A program made the position numbers and the translations under genes. The notes beneath the pieces were generated by a model. It searched no databases and had not been told where the DNA came from. It worked only from the letters and a program-made list of their open reading frames with translations. From Chlorokybus atmophyticus (Eukaryota > Plantae > Mesostigma and Chlorokybus algae), in assembly GCA_009103225.1 (NCBI GenBank), contig RHPI01003009.1, forward strand, positions 431,004 through 495,003: a DNA stretch of 64,000 nt, written 5' to 3'. This document shows, in pieces, positions 12,600 to 25,851 of the stretch. Position 1 is the stretch's first letter; each line of letters begins with the position of its first letter.

Positions 12600-12799
12600 C
12601 AAGCTGAAATGCATACTTATTACACGCGAGTATTTGAAGGCATTATGCTGTTCCACCGCTAGAAAAATGCCCTTGCCCCCATTTGTGTGCTGTATTGCAC
12701 AGCGTCACCAAGTTGTGGATTTGCTCTAAGCACGCGGTGCGTAATGGCCTTTAACGCGGGGCGGGGGCATAATTTTGGCGGTGGGGCAGAGCAGAAAAG

Positions 12800-13230
12800 G
12801 TGGATTACCACCGAATTTACAACACTGTATGCAAGTATTATTGCCGTATGCAAGCACGACCTTCAATGCATACGCGTATGCCGTATGGTGCAACTATGGC
12901 AGCAAGGCTCTGTCAGCTACCAACATTGTGTTGAACTTTGTTGGTAATGTACACCCTTCCCTGCGAACATGTGATGTTGCTGTATGGGACAATGATATGG
13001 GTGTGTCTGTTCGCTCCAACTTTTTAATGCATGGCTGTGTGGGCAAGCATGTGCTGCTCAATGCGCCCTTTGACAAGTTGTTACCTGTGCTTAAGCACTA
13101 TGTAAAGTGCAAGAGCAAAAGTACGCATAACACAAGTGCATGTGTCATTGTGCCCAAGTACAGACCATCGTTGCCGTTTACTCAGGGTATGCAAGTGGCG
13201 CAGGAGATTGACAAGGTTCAAACTGACTTG
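12800..13230 (+). pseudogene. Dam-like (phage-type) DNA N6-adenine methyltransferase-like domain inside the gypsy element
   Basis: WITTEFTTL (adjacent frame), then TFNAYAYA...YGSKALS, SNFLMHGCVGKHVLLNAPF (NAPF at 13060, an NPPF/Y motif IV variant), LKHYVKCK and TSACVIVP. In frame with the protease DTG at 13342. Confidence 0.6.
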
Positions 13231-13299
13231 GGATGCTCTGTGCGTGTCATACATGACCCGCCTATTCTCCACCGGGAAAATCACTTGGTTTTAACGTGG

Positions 13300-16200
13300 C
13301 TGTTCAATGCGACAGTTGCACGTGTGCTATATGTGATGATTGATACTGGCACTCCGGAGAAACTTGTCCATGTGAAGCTCTGATACAGAGGCTGGGTAAC
13401 CATGTGGATAAAGCCAGCAGTGTCGTTGCTGACCTGGATGAGAATGAGATCTCAGTATAGGGATTCGTGTATTAGGCTCTGTGTGCCATGCTTTGCGTAT
13501 CACTGTGACAGTGTGCAAGGCTATCACGCCCAACTTAGGTTCCTTGTGGTACCAGTACAGGTTCCACGTGTTGATGTCATCATTGGTGTTCATTGGCAAC
13601 ATATTAATGGCTTGCGCACAGATGTAGTAACTGGCATGTGTAGTGTAGAAAAGGGAGAGGTTGTGACTTTCAGAGCAAAGAGATGTGATGATACTTCAGC
13701 TGTCTCCAGTGATGCATCAAGTGATGTATGACCATTGTTGTTGAGTGCCATGCAGATAAAGAGAGCGGCAAAGGAATATGCTGAACCTTTTCTAGTACCG
13801 ATCAAGCCACTTGCAAATAATAATGAGAGTCCCACTCCATTCAGTGAGACTGTTGGCAATGAGCAAGGCACAGCATTGGAGGCTACTCTGTAAGAGTATT
13901 GTGATGTGTTTGAAGCTGAGTTGTTCAAATTGCCACATGAGAGGGAAGGCTAGCATACTATCCCTCTTATAACGGGTGCACAACCTCCACCTAATTAGCT
14001 TATAAGCTTGTGTATATGCGAAGTCCAGCTGAGCATGCGAACATGGAGAAGCAAATTAAAGCATTGCTTGCGAACGGACTCATTGTGCCAAATAGCTCTC
14101 CATTTAAAGCACCTATTACATGTTCGTACCTAAGAAGGGTACGGCAGGCTGCGCATATCCGTAGACTATAGGGCTCCGAATAAGCTCAGAATTAATAGGA
14201 ATAGGTACCCACTGCCAAGAATTGATAGTCTGTTCGATCAGAGCGAAGCCTTAATATTCGCTTCATTAAGTTTAATCAATGGCTACCATCAGCTACGGAT
14301 CACCCCAGAAATATGCCTAAGACAAGTTACAACGCCCGTGGGCCACTTCCAGTACAACGTACTCTCTTTTGAGCTACGAATGCGCTAGCTACATTTTAAA
14401 GCTATGATGAATTGGGTGTGCCATGAATTGTTTGAAAATTTGGTACTTGTGTATTTCGATGGCATCATGGTGTTTAATGTGTGCCTTGATCCCAAGAAGG
14501 TTGCAAAGGTCAGAGTGGCCTGCTCCTGAGAATGTGCATGAGTTGCGTGCCTTCCTTGGCTTGAGCAACTACTTTGGAAAATACATTTTAAGTGACAATC
14601 GCGAGTTGCACCCCTCACCAACTTGTTGCAAGACAAAGTTGTGCAGAGGTGGGCGCAAGGGCAGGTAATGGCTTTTGAGGCCATCAGAGAGGCCTTGGTT
14701 ACAGCACCTGTGTTACAGCTGCCTGACTTCACCAAGCATGTTGAGGTTGTGAGCAATGCTTCTTGTAATGTAATGGCACTGTTGCCGTGCTGCTCCAAGA
14801 GGGACACCCTCTTGCGTACTTGAGCAAGATGTTCTCTCCAGCTGTGATCTCAGCTCTCCATGGAAACTATACCACAGCTGAGCTACAGTTGCTGGGGTAG
14901 TCAATGCGCTACAGGAGTGGCGCTGCTACCCGGAGGGGGAGCAAGGTGGGTTTACAGTGGTTATAGACCACAACCCCCTCGTTTTCTTTCAGACCCAACC
15001 AACTTCGTTGAACCCTATCGTGGAGTCAAGCACAATGGGCTGAGTTTTTATCACGGTTTAACTTTGCTTAAGTATACAGACTAGGGAGAGTGAACATGGC
15101 AGATCCCTTGAGTCGCTCGCCTCTACTGTTGGCAGCGATGACACGGGCTAGTGTGCACCCCAAGAAAGGGAGCACAACCCGAAGAATTGGAGCAACAACG
15201 AGGTTACAGCGCCACAAATACTTTAATTCGCAATAAAAAGTGAGGCAAGTGCCTAGGAGTTGCCAACTGCTTGTGAACCAGTTGGTTGGTGTTTTGAGGA
15301 GCCAATGGCGGTTGCTAATGCAAGTGGGGAGGACCCACTTACGGATGACATATAACATATCGCTACCTGTCCACCACAGGCTTATGCACTTGACATTCGG
15401 TTTGTTGAGCTGCTCGGGCAAGGAGATGACAAGATCACTTGTCTCTAAGTGTACAGTGGTCACATGGGAATGACCCAAACCATTAAGTTACTGCAGCGTC
15501 AATACTGGTGGCCTACTTTAGCTGCTGATGCAACAAAATATGTAGAGCTGTGACATTTGTCAGCTTAACAAGGCCTCGTATCGTAAGCCAACAGGGCTAT
15601 CAAAGCTATTGGCTGTCACAAGCTATAAACCTTTTAACTTGGGATAGCGAATGGCTAAGTGGAAAAGTGTGAGTGTGGATCTGCTTATAATGTTGCCTGA
15701 GACAACGAGAGAGCATGATGAGAGCCATTATTGTTTTTGTTGACCGTTTCACAAAAATGATTCGGTTTGAACCATGTTGCACTAGCATCAGTGCACAAGA
15801 CTTTGCGCATGCCTTTCTGAATACGGTGCCCAAGTTACAAGGGACTAAGCAAAGCTTGAGCTCGACTTACCATCCACAAAGTGGTGAATGGTAAGTCGAG
15901 CTCAAGCTAGATGGAGTGTACAAATCAGGCTGCTGCTCGAGGACGTGTTGCGACAGTACATCAAATTGATGGCTGGGATTTGCACCTTGCGTTAGCTGAG
16001 TTTGCGGTGAACAATGCAACGCAAGAGTCATTGCATAGCACTCAATTCTTTTTGAACTGTGGTAGGCATTATGTGACGCCTATGGCTGCGCAACTTTACA
16101 GAGCAGACGCACGCTGCTTAAGCTAGTGGCAAAGACTGCCTGAGAGCAGCTCAAGATTGGCATAAGATGTTTGCTGATTGGCAGTGCCTAGAGAAGGTCC

Positions 16201-16450
16201 AAAGAAGGGGGACAAGGTCTTCGTAAGCACAAAGAACACCGGGTGCAAAACCAGCGGTGTACGTAAACTCCTGCCCAGGTGGCTTGGGCCGTGCATTGTC
16301 TCTCTGCAGCTATGGGAACACGAGCAGAAAGTTCATGCAGGGCTTTTGAACTGAGTACCTTGTTAAGTGGCTGGGTTACAATGAGGAGCACAACCTCTGG
16401 GAGGCATCTTTAATTTGGCAAACTGTATTGCTAAGTTGGAAGCGTTTGAG
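13300..16450 (+). pseudogene. pol: Degenerate gypsy pol (protease, RT, RNaseH, integrase, chromodomain)
   Basis: IDTG protease; RT ~14050-14480; RNaseH ~14700-15050; integrase ~15450-16080 (WDLHLALAEFAVNNA); chromodomain EYLVKWLGYNEEHNLWE at 16353-16403. Multiple frameshifts. Confidence 0.88.
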
Positions 16451-16708
16451 AGTGAGCTCAAATCCACAGGTGCCACTTGAGGGAGCTTGTGCTCAGTTGC
16501 AATGTGCAACATTCTTTTGTGTGACATGCCAACCCACGTGCACCGTTACTTGGTATTAAATTTGAGTTGTCACTCGCGTGACTTGCGCTTGGTTTACGCG
16601 TAGTGTGCAATAATTAAAAAGGGTTGGCCAACCTTGCTGGCAATTGTCGTACGGGGCTTATGCTCCATTAATCTGCAACGTGGAAGTTGCAATGCAAGTG
16701 GGGAGGAA

Positions 16709-17226
16709 TGTTACGTCCAAAGAATGGCTTAAGTCACTCTCAGTTCCTTACTTATGTGGCAAGTAAAAAGGACTAAGTGAGGGTTTCGTATAGTTGTGGT
16801 GTATGTAGCACCTGGCATATGTGCTCATATCAGCTCCTATGCACGAAGTGTTTAAGGACTCAGCTGTTACGTAAGGCATGATCAATCTGAAAATACAGGA
16901 CTGCTCAGTGTCAAGCGCACAATTGCTAGGCACCAAAAGTGTTGCCTTTGTTGATATGTACAGAGTTAGCCTGTGCTGACAAGTCAGCGCATATGTGGCA
17001 TGGTTTTGTTGGCTTTGGACATTGTATGTGCCAAGTCGGAGAATAGCGGGTAGTACAAGGGCAAGGCTACTTGAATGCGGGGTGTCTGGGTGAAGCTGTT
17101 GAAGGGTGCTCTCGCCATTCGCTCCCTTGTGGGTTATTGCTGATGGCAAGGTGTGCTGCAAGGTTTGGCTGTATGTGTAGAAGGATGTGACGCTCTCAGC
17201 AGGTAAGTTGAGAGGAAAACGTTGCA
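16709..17226 (+). repeat. Gypsy 3' LTR
   Basis: Directly follows the PPT, starts TGTTAC and ends GTTGCA. Colinear with the split 5' LTR. Confidence 0.8.
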
Positions 17227-18391
17227 AGTGTCGCGCACTTTAAGTGACGCGAGTAATATACACGTTTAACTGCAGTTATTCGTGCCCGCACCGACCATGT
17301 GCTTGATCCATACGCTGTGCTCGTATCATACTATGACAAAGCGGCTACGCGTCCGTTATAATGTGACTTATATGCATACTGAGCGTTATTGTCGGTACAC
17401 GATAGTGACCAACCTTACTCACGAATTCGCTGTAGAGCAGTATACATAGGCTATGTTTACCAATAGTACAAGTAAAAGTAATTGATGTCATTTACGGTAA
17501 CGTTGCCCACAGCAACGTTGTAGACAGCGGTATCCGGTTACTATCAACTACTTCAAGTAGTTCCCGTTAAGTTGATGGGAAAGAAACAAGCAAACGTTAC
17601 CAATGTTTTTGGTCGTGGCGCCGGGCTTGTGACAGCCTCACCGTAGTACCGTCCGCATACACTTTCAATGAGCATAAAAGTCAGGATTTCGGACACAGGA
17701 CTGCTGATAGCTAGGATCCTGACTTAGGACCCTAGCTTATGTACGGTCGGTGGTGAATGCAACATATCTCCTATATCACTGCGCTCCGAGCACATCAACT
17801 GTGGTGGCGCTCCAAGTCGCAGCTCGCGAATCTCAAGCTCAATCAGGTCCTGCGAGCGACTCACGCATACGATGGCTGGATGGCTGCAGTGTGGCCTCCG
17901 CCGGAGTAGCAGCAGCAAGCTTAAGTTTTTTTCAGTGTTCGCTGTGGGCAATGATAACGGCAGCAATGTTGTACTAGCCAGCCGTAAAATCACAGCATTT
18001 GCAGCTCTGATAGGTGGCTTGTGTGTTCTCCTCACACCACCCCTTCGTTCCTTGCAAAGAAAGAAACCTCTAGAACAAAATCATCATCACAGTCAAGTGT
18101 GCTTGACACGTCTTGTCCGCCCTCTTGCATTCGCCCTAGGCCAGCTGTAAGCCAGCAAGTGCTGGTTGCAGCCCCTCAGCCACCCTTCTGCGGTAGAAGC
18201 TGCGTTGTGTGGGAGACTTGAGGCGGTGACACGCGATACAACAGCGTGAGTGACGGCGAGGATGAGCGTGTGCTTGCATGCATTTGTGTGAGAGTCTCTA
18301 TCTGCTGCTGCTGCCATCCAGGCCAGGAGACCGCTGTGCTGTGTGGTGGTGGTGGATCTCTAGGCTTTGTGCACATGGATTGATAAGCGCC

Positions 18392-20809
18392 ATGGCGTTC
18401 TCCTTGCTTGCATGGTCACCTCATGCGCACAGCTCTGGAAGTGACACTGACACGTGTTTGGTCAAATACATTGTGCGTGCGTGCGTGCAATATTTTTACA
18501 TTACAACTGCGCTGTGCAACAGTGCAATTCGTACCCAACTGGCACAGTGTTATGTTAACTGGCTGCAGCTTTTGCCAACAGACGCTTTTCTCTGTAGTCT
18601 CTTCAGAAGTGAGCGCAGCGCGTAAGTCCTGTCACCATGGCAACCGCACATAGCAACGGTGTAACAGGTCAGTGGCAAGCACACCACGGCTCTGACAACG
18701 CATCATGCTCGACACCTGGTGAAGAGTTGGTTGTGTTCACGCGGAATGCTGCTGATGAAAGTCAGGACATGCAATGCGCTTCAGTGCAATGCTGTGCAAG
18801 GCATGCCATGCATGGCAAAGCAATGTCAGTTTCAGCATGAACACAGTCAAACCATGCTGATGAGGTTTTGTGCATGTGTCTGCATGTGTGCCCTATGCAG
18901 AGACGCGGTTGGAAAATGGTGTGTCGAAGCAACGACATCGGTCTTTTGGTTCGCTGTCCGTTTTCTCTTCAACGACGCTTGAGCAAGAGTCGGGCCCGTT
19001 GGCCATCAACTTGCGCATAGTTTACCCCACAGATCCGGACGCGCCCCCTCCCGCGATGTGGTTCATGCGCAAGCCTTGCGTGCCCAACCGCCCGGTCGTA
19101 ATATTCGCGGCGGGCGCGTTCTGCGAAACGTACAGCTACTTCTGGCTTGCGCGTTACTTGGCTGAAAGCATCGGCGTGGTGGTTGTGCTGCCTTCTTGCT
19201 TTCAGGTGAGTCTTTAAGCACATGCACACACATGCATACATGCATACACACAGTTATACATGGACACGCATGTGTGGGTGTATGTGAGGCGTGTGCATGC
19301 ATGCGCATGCGCGTAAGCGCGCATACGCACGCTATGCTCATACACAAGTGTGCATGCGCGCCCATGCACATTGTGTGCGGGTGTACATGCGCATCACATA
19401 CATACCGGAATCTTATGTCACGACCCATTGCTTGCAAAATGCTAAAGCCCGCATATGCACTGTGGCAGCCAGCGATGGGTTCTCACTGTCCCCACGGCAT
19501 CCCGAGTGCGTACACTTCAGGTGGTCGCACATTGACATATGAAGAGTACAGGGCGGGCCCTTCCACGCCTGCGCTGCACTGCATTATCGATGCTTTGAGG
19601 CGCCTGAATGAGCAGCAAGGTGGCGCGCATGTTGATTGAGCATTGTGAATGCATGTGCCACAGATGTGGCTCACTATGTGTATTGATACGAAATTATGGC
19701 AGGTCCTTTGCAGGGCGGGCTTGATATGGAGAGGCTGGCATTGGGTGGGCACTCTGCTGGTGGCGTGACTGCTATTGAGCACGCCAACAGCGACTTGTTT
19801 CCCCAAATAAAGGTTTGCTTGAATATGAGCGGGCCTCATGCCTGCTTACGAAAGGCATGTGTGCTTATTGTGCTGCTTATGTGTTCACTCATGTGACTGC
19901 ATTGTGAAGGCAGCCTTCACGTACGGTGCCAGTTTTGTGACCAGCGCAATGACGGGCCCCACTTCATATTCTGACATGTGGAGCGTGCGACCGTTTTACC
20001 GCGACGGCGCCACGAGTCCCATTCTGCTCATGGGTGGCACGAATGATGGCTTCCGCAAGTTCAATACGCGCCCGGGCACTGAGGGCACAACCGCTGTGGA
20101 GCGCAGCTTCAGTGAAGGTCCGTGTGCTAACATACATAACAGCATGCGTACGCACATGCGACATGCATACATGCACATGCGCGCATACAAGAGCAGACAA
20201 AATCACATACACACGCGCTTGCGCGCACACACACACATATGCGCATGCGCGCTCGTGCATAGGCTCACATACATACACATGCACACACGCACACATACAC
20301 TCTCAAATTCTTGTCAACATGCAGAGTTGGCCTGTCGTTTGTCTCAGCATGCTTGTCCATTGACAGGCGTACCTGCGGAGCCATCAGCTGCAGCGTATGT
20401 GGCAATATTATCAGGCGCCAACCACATGGTGCTCGCGCACCCAACCGACGATCATGTCCTGGCTGCTGCTATTGATGACCAATGCGATAGCGATCAGCAA
20501 GAGATGAGGAACACCATTGCAGGTACACATACCTTGCACCATAGCGTCATTGTTAACATGATGTATGCATTGGCTTTGTGCGTTCACATAGGCGTGTGCA
20601 CCATACTTGTGATGTGTTTCTTTGATCAGTGCCCCGTATGTGACAATGGCTTTGTTGACTGAGCAGAACTCGCAACTCGCTTTCTGGAAGTGCATCTCTT
20701 GCAAGAGGTTGACAAAGTTGCTGAACGAAAACTTCGCAAAATGCTCGACCATCCTAGTTCGTGGAAATTTACTGTGGGCAGATGGAGAGCACCTAAGTAT
20801 AGTGAGTAG
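18392..20809 (+). CDS. Alpha/beta-hydrolase (chlorophyllase / PAF-acetylhydrolase-like), multi-exon, apparently intact
   Basis: Exons 18901-19205, 19469-19619, 19703-19812, 19910-20117, 20367-20522 and 20667-20809 splice in frame. Motifs PVVIFAAGAF, LDMERLALGGHSAGG (Ser at 19753), LMGGTNDG and SGANHM suggest a Ser-Asp-His triad. The 5' exons and ATG 18392 are tentative. Confidence 0.75.
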
Positions 20810-21537
20810 TAATTTATATGAGTGTGTTTAAGGAGCATTCTTTCACGTAGAGACTTTGATTGAGTTATTGGTCGTATGCGTGCAAGTCTCAAGTTGTGTT
20901 AATGGTAGTGGATAGCAATAGCGTGGTAAAATTAGAGGTGTGTCGTGTATAGGATGTATATGTGATCAAGAGTGTAAACCGTAGTAAACTTAGAATGTAC
21001 ATTGCGAGTTTGGTGGATGTGTAAGTTGTTCTGCCCAGTAGAAAAGGAAAAGGGTAGGTATGTGTTGCAGGTTTTATGTGTGCAATGCACATATCTTATA
21101 ATCTCATTCATGCTTCTCACACTACGCCATTCATGTGTATACGAGACAAGCAAGGGTAGTTCCAAACATACAACCATCTACCCACCTCCATGCACGGCAA
21201 AATAATTAACTTGTGCACAGTGTGTTATCTAATAGTGCATTCAATGGCATTGCACGCATACTGTCCTTAAAACTTACGCTCCAAATAATTATGCACATGC
21301 AAGGTTGTGTTTTGCATTTTAATTGTGCATATTCTCCATTTGCCGCAACTGCAATGCTTCCCAATCCAACGGCCGGTGACGATCATGTGTACATGAAACC
21401 ACTTGCGCTGCTGTAGGCATGTCTAGCGGGGCAGCCTGTGGGTAGGTAGAGTATTGATAGTGAGAGTATTGAGTATATACATATAGTAATGAAATGGCCT
21501 CACGTGACGCGCATGGGCTTGTGTAGGGAGGGGCAAA

Positions 21538-22133
21538 GCAAGTGCCTAGGAGTTGCCAACTGCTTGTGAACCAGTTGGTTGGTGTTTTGAGGAGCCAATG
21601 GCGGTTGCTAATGCAAGTGGGGAGGACCCACTTACGGATGACATATAACATATCGCTACCTGTCCACCACAGGCTTATGCACTTGACATTCGGTTTGTTG
21701 AGCTGCTCGGGCAAGGAGATGACAAGATCACTTGTCTCTAAGTGTACAGTGGTCACATGGGAATGACCCAAACCATTAAGTTACTGCAGCGTCAATACTG
21801 GTGGCCTACTTTAGCTGCTGATGCAACAAAATATGTAGAGCTGTGACATTTGTCAGCTTAACAAGGCCTCGTATCGTAAGCCAACAGGGCTATCAAAGCT
21901 ATTGGCTGTCACAAGCTATAAACCTTTTAACTTGGGATAGCGAATGGCTAAGTGGAAAAGTGTGAGTGTGGATCTGCTTATAATGTTGCCTGAGACAACG
22001 AGAGAGCATGATGAGAGCCATTATTGTTTTTGTTGACCGTTTCACAAAAATGATTCGGTTTGAACCATGTTGCACTAGCATCAGTGCACAAGACTTTGCG
22101 CATGCCTTTCTGAATACGGTGCCCAAGTTACAA
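21538..22133 (+). repeat. 596 bp copy of the gypsy integrase segment 15245-15840
   Basis: Appears identical by eye, including stops, and ends exactly at the single N at 22134. Possible assembly artefact. Confidence 0.85.
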
Positions 22134-22655
22134 NGCCGTTGGACGGAGTGACTATGCATGTCTAAGAGCACCGCGCATGCCCTTTACACTCTCACCGTGT
22201 GTAACATGTGGGACAGCAAGTGAGAGCGTATGCATACTAGAGCAACAACTTGAGCTGTAAATAACAATATTGACCAATACCGATGCAATAGTCAATACCA
22301 GTGCGTTGCAGCATATTCCTCTCTCTACGCTACCTCTCCCATTGCTTTGCAAATGGTACTCTTCTCACTGCTATTCCCCTCACGCCTCTCCCCTTCCCCA
22401 CCTCCGTCTGCTGCTGCTAGAGGGTCGTAGTTGTCCAAGTCCTAGTTAGCATAAAATTACAACTCTACCTTAGCCCCAATTGAATTGCATTGTGCGTGTG
22501 GCATTACTTGCTTTGCATTGCGCCCCCCTTTCCGCTTGAGTTTCTAGTTTGCAACTCTGATGTTTGCTATATTGTGGTTGTTGTATCGGGGGACAAAAAT
22601 GAGTACATAATGGGGGTTGCAAACATAGGTCCCGCCCCCCCGGGGGCGGCGGGGN

Positions 22656-22763
<108 letters not shown>

Positions 22764-25427
22764 GGTGGGTGGTAATTTTTGTTCTTTTAGGAGGGGAGGG
22801 GTTAAGGGGGGGTTAACATAATACGATGATTTAATGTTAATAACAAGCGACAATGCATTGGACATAAAACATCTCAGTAATGATTAATCGTCATGTTTAT
22901 TTTACCATGTAATGTGCTATGAAACACATTTCGAAATGCTGATTTGCTTTACTGATCTCATGAGTACACAACGTGTTGTTGATATGTCAAGAAACCGGTG
23001 CAAGCTGGCATGACATGCATATAATATATATGTATAACTATATATATATTACGATATATAACATCGGTATGCATTTGACATGTGATGAACCAGCTTAATA
23101 TTTTAATATGCCATACGGTGCACAAGTGCATTTTGCATATTTAAGGCTTGCGGCAAGGTTATCCATGTCATGTCGAAATCTAAAGCTTTGAAGCTGGAAA
23201 AAATGCATGTTACGCATACTACTTAACTCAACCTTCATTGATACATGCAATATGTGCGATTTTATGTACCGGTAAGCGGTAAACGTCCACCAACAAACGA
23301 ATACTTTACATACGTATGGTAATTGGTTGAAAACTTCATGATAAGCTGCGAGCATCTTTAATGTGTAGCAAATTGGCCGCAAGTTGATATTCTAGTCACA
23401 TCATGCCATTTGCGGCCACACTCACTCTGCAATCGTCGGCATCGGGAACATCATGGGGGATACCAGGGTGGGTATTGCACCAACATCACACACATCGACC
23501 TGATGCCGTAGAAAACATGTGATTGACTGCCTGAGCCGATGCGCACTGTCCATACCAGCGTGGGAAGCCGGTGCCAGTTCCGCTGGCATGCTAATCTACC
23601 TCGCTTTGCCAGTAACAGCGCCACCGTGTTGCTGTGCCAGTAGCAGGCGCACCGCCGCTGCAGGCAGCAAAACGCAGGCAGGTGAAGGCGATGGCAAGAG
23701 GCTGAGCTTCAGAGCTTATAGCTTCGAAGCAGCATGCTTGCGCAGTTGTCTGCGCTAAGCACGCTTCAAGCATCATCACTAACATTAGCATCGCCTGTTG
23801 TTAGACAACATAGAGCTCGCACCGACAGCGAAGCCTCATCTGTAGTGAAAAAACACACGCCGCAAGCTTCTTCGTGCTTAACACGATTGCTCTCTTGCTT
23901 GAGAGGCTGCCGCCTGCCAAGTTGCACAGCAGCGACTCACAGTTATCACTCCCAGGTACAGCCTGTGCATTATTGATCAAAGCAGGTGTCAGCAATTGGT
24001 TACGCATGACGAGTATGCTGTGTACAGGTGTTTCACCCCACCCAACCGCGCGCTGGTCATGTGAAGGTGATGGCCTCCACCTCCGCTCAAACAGCCTCTG
24101 GGCAAGGTCAGCATGCAGCAGCAGTCCTCTTTTGAACTGCACACTGCTTACACATCATGCGTGCTGGTTTTTTCTCTCGTGACTGTCTTGTCATGCTCCC
24201 CCTCCAAGCTGCATACACACTCTCTTGTTGAGTTCTTCAAACACACGTCTGCCAGACGCACATTTGCACACACATTCATCCTTGCTGCTGTTACTCAACT
24301 GCTCAGAGTGTCTCTCATCTCTCATCAACACAGCCTCAAGCATGGACTCCAAGTCTCCCCTGCGTGTTGTAATCGCTGGCGCGGGTCCGGCCGGCCTGCT
24401 GCTGGCGCAACTATTGCTTCAGCTCAACACGCATGAGCGCGATCATTTTATTGTCACGTCGTGCGAAGCGCGCGGGGACCCGAGAGGCTTGCCGTCAGAG
24501 GTGCATGAGACACTTGTGGTTTGATGTGTTTTGTTTTGTTTTGTTTTGGCGTGTTGTGTTTGACTTAGTCGTGAGTTGCTTTGGTGTGCTTTGCATTGGC
24601 TTGCTCGATGTGGTTGGATGCACGCTGGGTCAGTTTGGTGTGCCGTGGCGTGGTGTGGTTGACTGTGTGACGGTCTGGCTCCCGCTCGGCATTGCTTGTT
24701 GCTTTTTATCCTTTGTGCAGTTCGTATGAGGTGTGTTTGTGGCGTTGTTGTTGCATGGAGATATGAGTTCTTAAAGGCACACGCACGCATGCATATCCTC
24801 AATCAATATCCCTTCACCAAGCAGGTAGTGAAGCGCTTTGGGCTTGGGCTGAGCGCCCGCGCGCAATCGGCGATCGAGTGTGGAGGGCATGTGGGACGCC
24901 GTGCACGACAGCGGCGTGCAACTCTCGCGCTTCACCGAGGTGAGTGATTTGTGAGGCGACACTCCCATGGACGCACGTGGTTCCTTCAATTGTCATCGTA
25001 AGCACAGCGACTAGGCAGTCGTTCAGGCGTGGCATATGCGTAGATAGGTGTATGTATCAAAAAAGTAGTCGTGCCATCGACTGCATTAGTACAAGTCTTA
25101 TGCCCACAGCATGCGGCGCTGTCACTGCCTTGGAAAGCATCTCATCGAGTAATTTCTTTGTGGCTTGGGTGCATCACTTGACACACCACCTTGTGTCTGA
25201 CAATGCCATCATCATCATCGTCATCAGTGCAAGTGCCAGGCATCAACGTGCGCAATTGGTACATGTGTGGTAAATAAATCAAACAACAATTCGAGTTAAC
25301 GCATTGGGGTTACCAACTGAGCATTGGCATTTATCCGTGGGTATCACGGCCAACATCACGTCATCAGCACAGTCCACTCCACACCACATCTCGCTTCACA
25401 CCATGTTGTTGTCATGTGCACAGCTTC

Positions 25428-25851
25428 TGTTGAGAGTATTCCTACATACGATCAGCATCGACCCTCCATACAGGAGTAGAAGGTCGTAAGGACGAGCACT
25501 AGGTCCGGACTTAGCAAGATGGCATCGTCGGACCAGACTCCGGACTCCAGACTGGAGCCTTACTAACTGCTTTGTATCTCCGCGTATACTTACTCATATT
25601 AGGCGTGTGAGAGCTTGTTGGAAAGCTCTGGTTGTAAGAAAGACAACGCAGCTTAGAGCGCGTCAAAAGGCTGAGTATAGCTTACGCAGTGCTTGCAAAC
25701 GTAGACGTGTGTGTAACTGGCTGGTATAAAAACCAGCGGACAACTTGTAATAGATGAATGTGATGTGACTTGTGTATGCTCTGGTGGCGGTAGCTCTGTC
25801 CGTGTGTATCCATGCTTGCCTCAACTACATGTGCATGCTAGTCCTTCAACA
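25428..25851 (+). repeat. Copia 5' LTR
   Basis: TGTTGAGAG...CTTCAACA; TATA-like TATAAAAA near 25725. Confidence 0.97.

Larger units (their letters stand above)
5624..17226 (+). mobile_element. Degenerate Ty3/gypsy LTR retrotransposon (chromovirus type) with a nested insertion in the 5' LTR
   Basis: Domain order is gag, protease (IDTG, 13342), RT (VDYRAPNK, RYPLPRID, YFDG), RNaseH (PVLQLPDF), integrase (GHMG...QRQYWWP), chromodomain (EYLVKWLGY). Related LTRs lie at both ends, with a PPT GGGGAGGAA at 16700-16708. Flanks are ATTGT and AGTGT (4/5 match, possible TSD). Many stops and frameshifts. Confidence 0.9.

Noticed and set aside
17724-18035. Minus-strand ORF with protein-like DLIELEIRELRLGAPPQL segment
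   Set aside because: No recognisable family, and the only nearby donor/acceptor pair would give a 15-nt intron.
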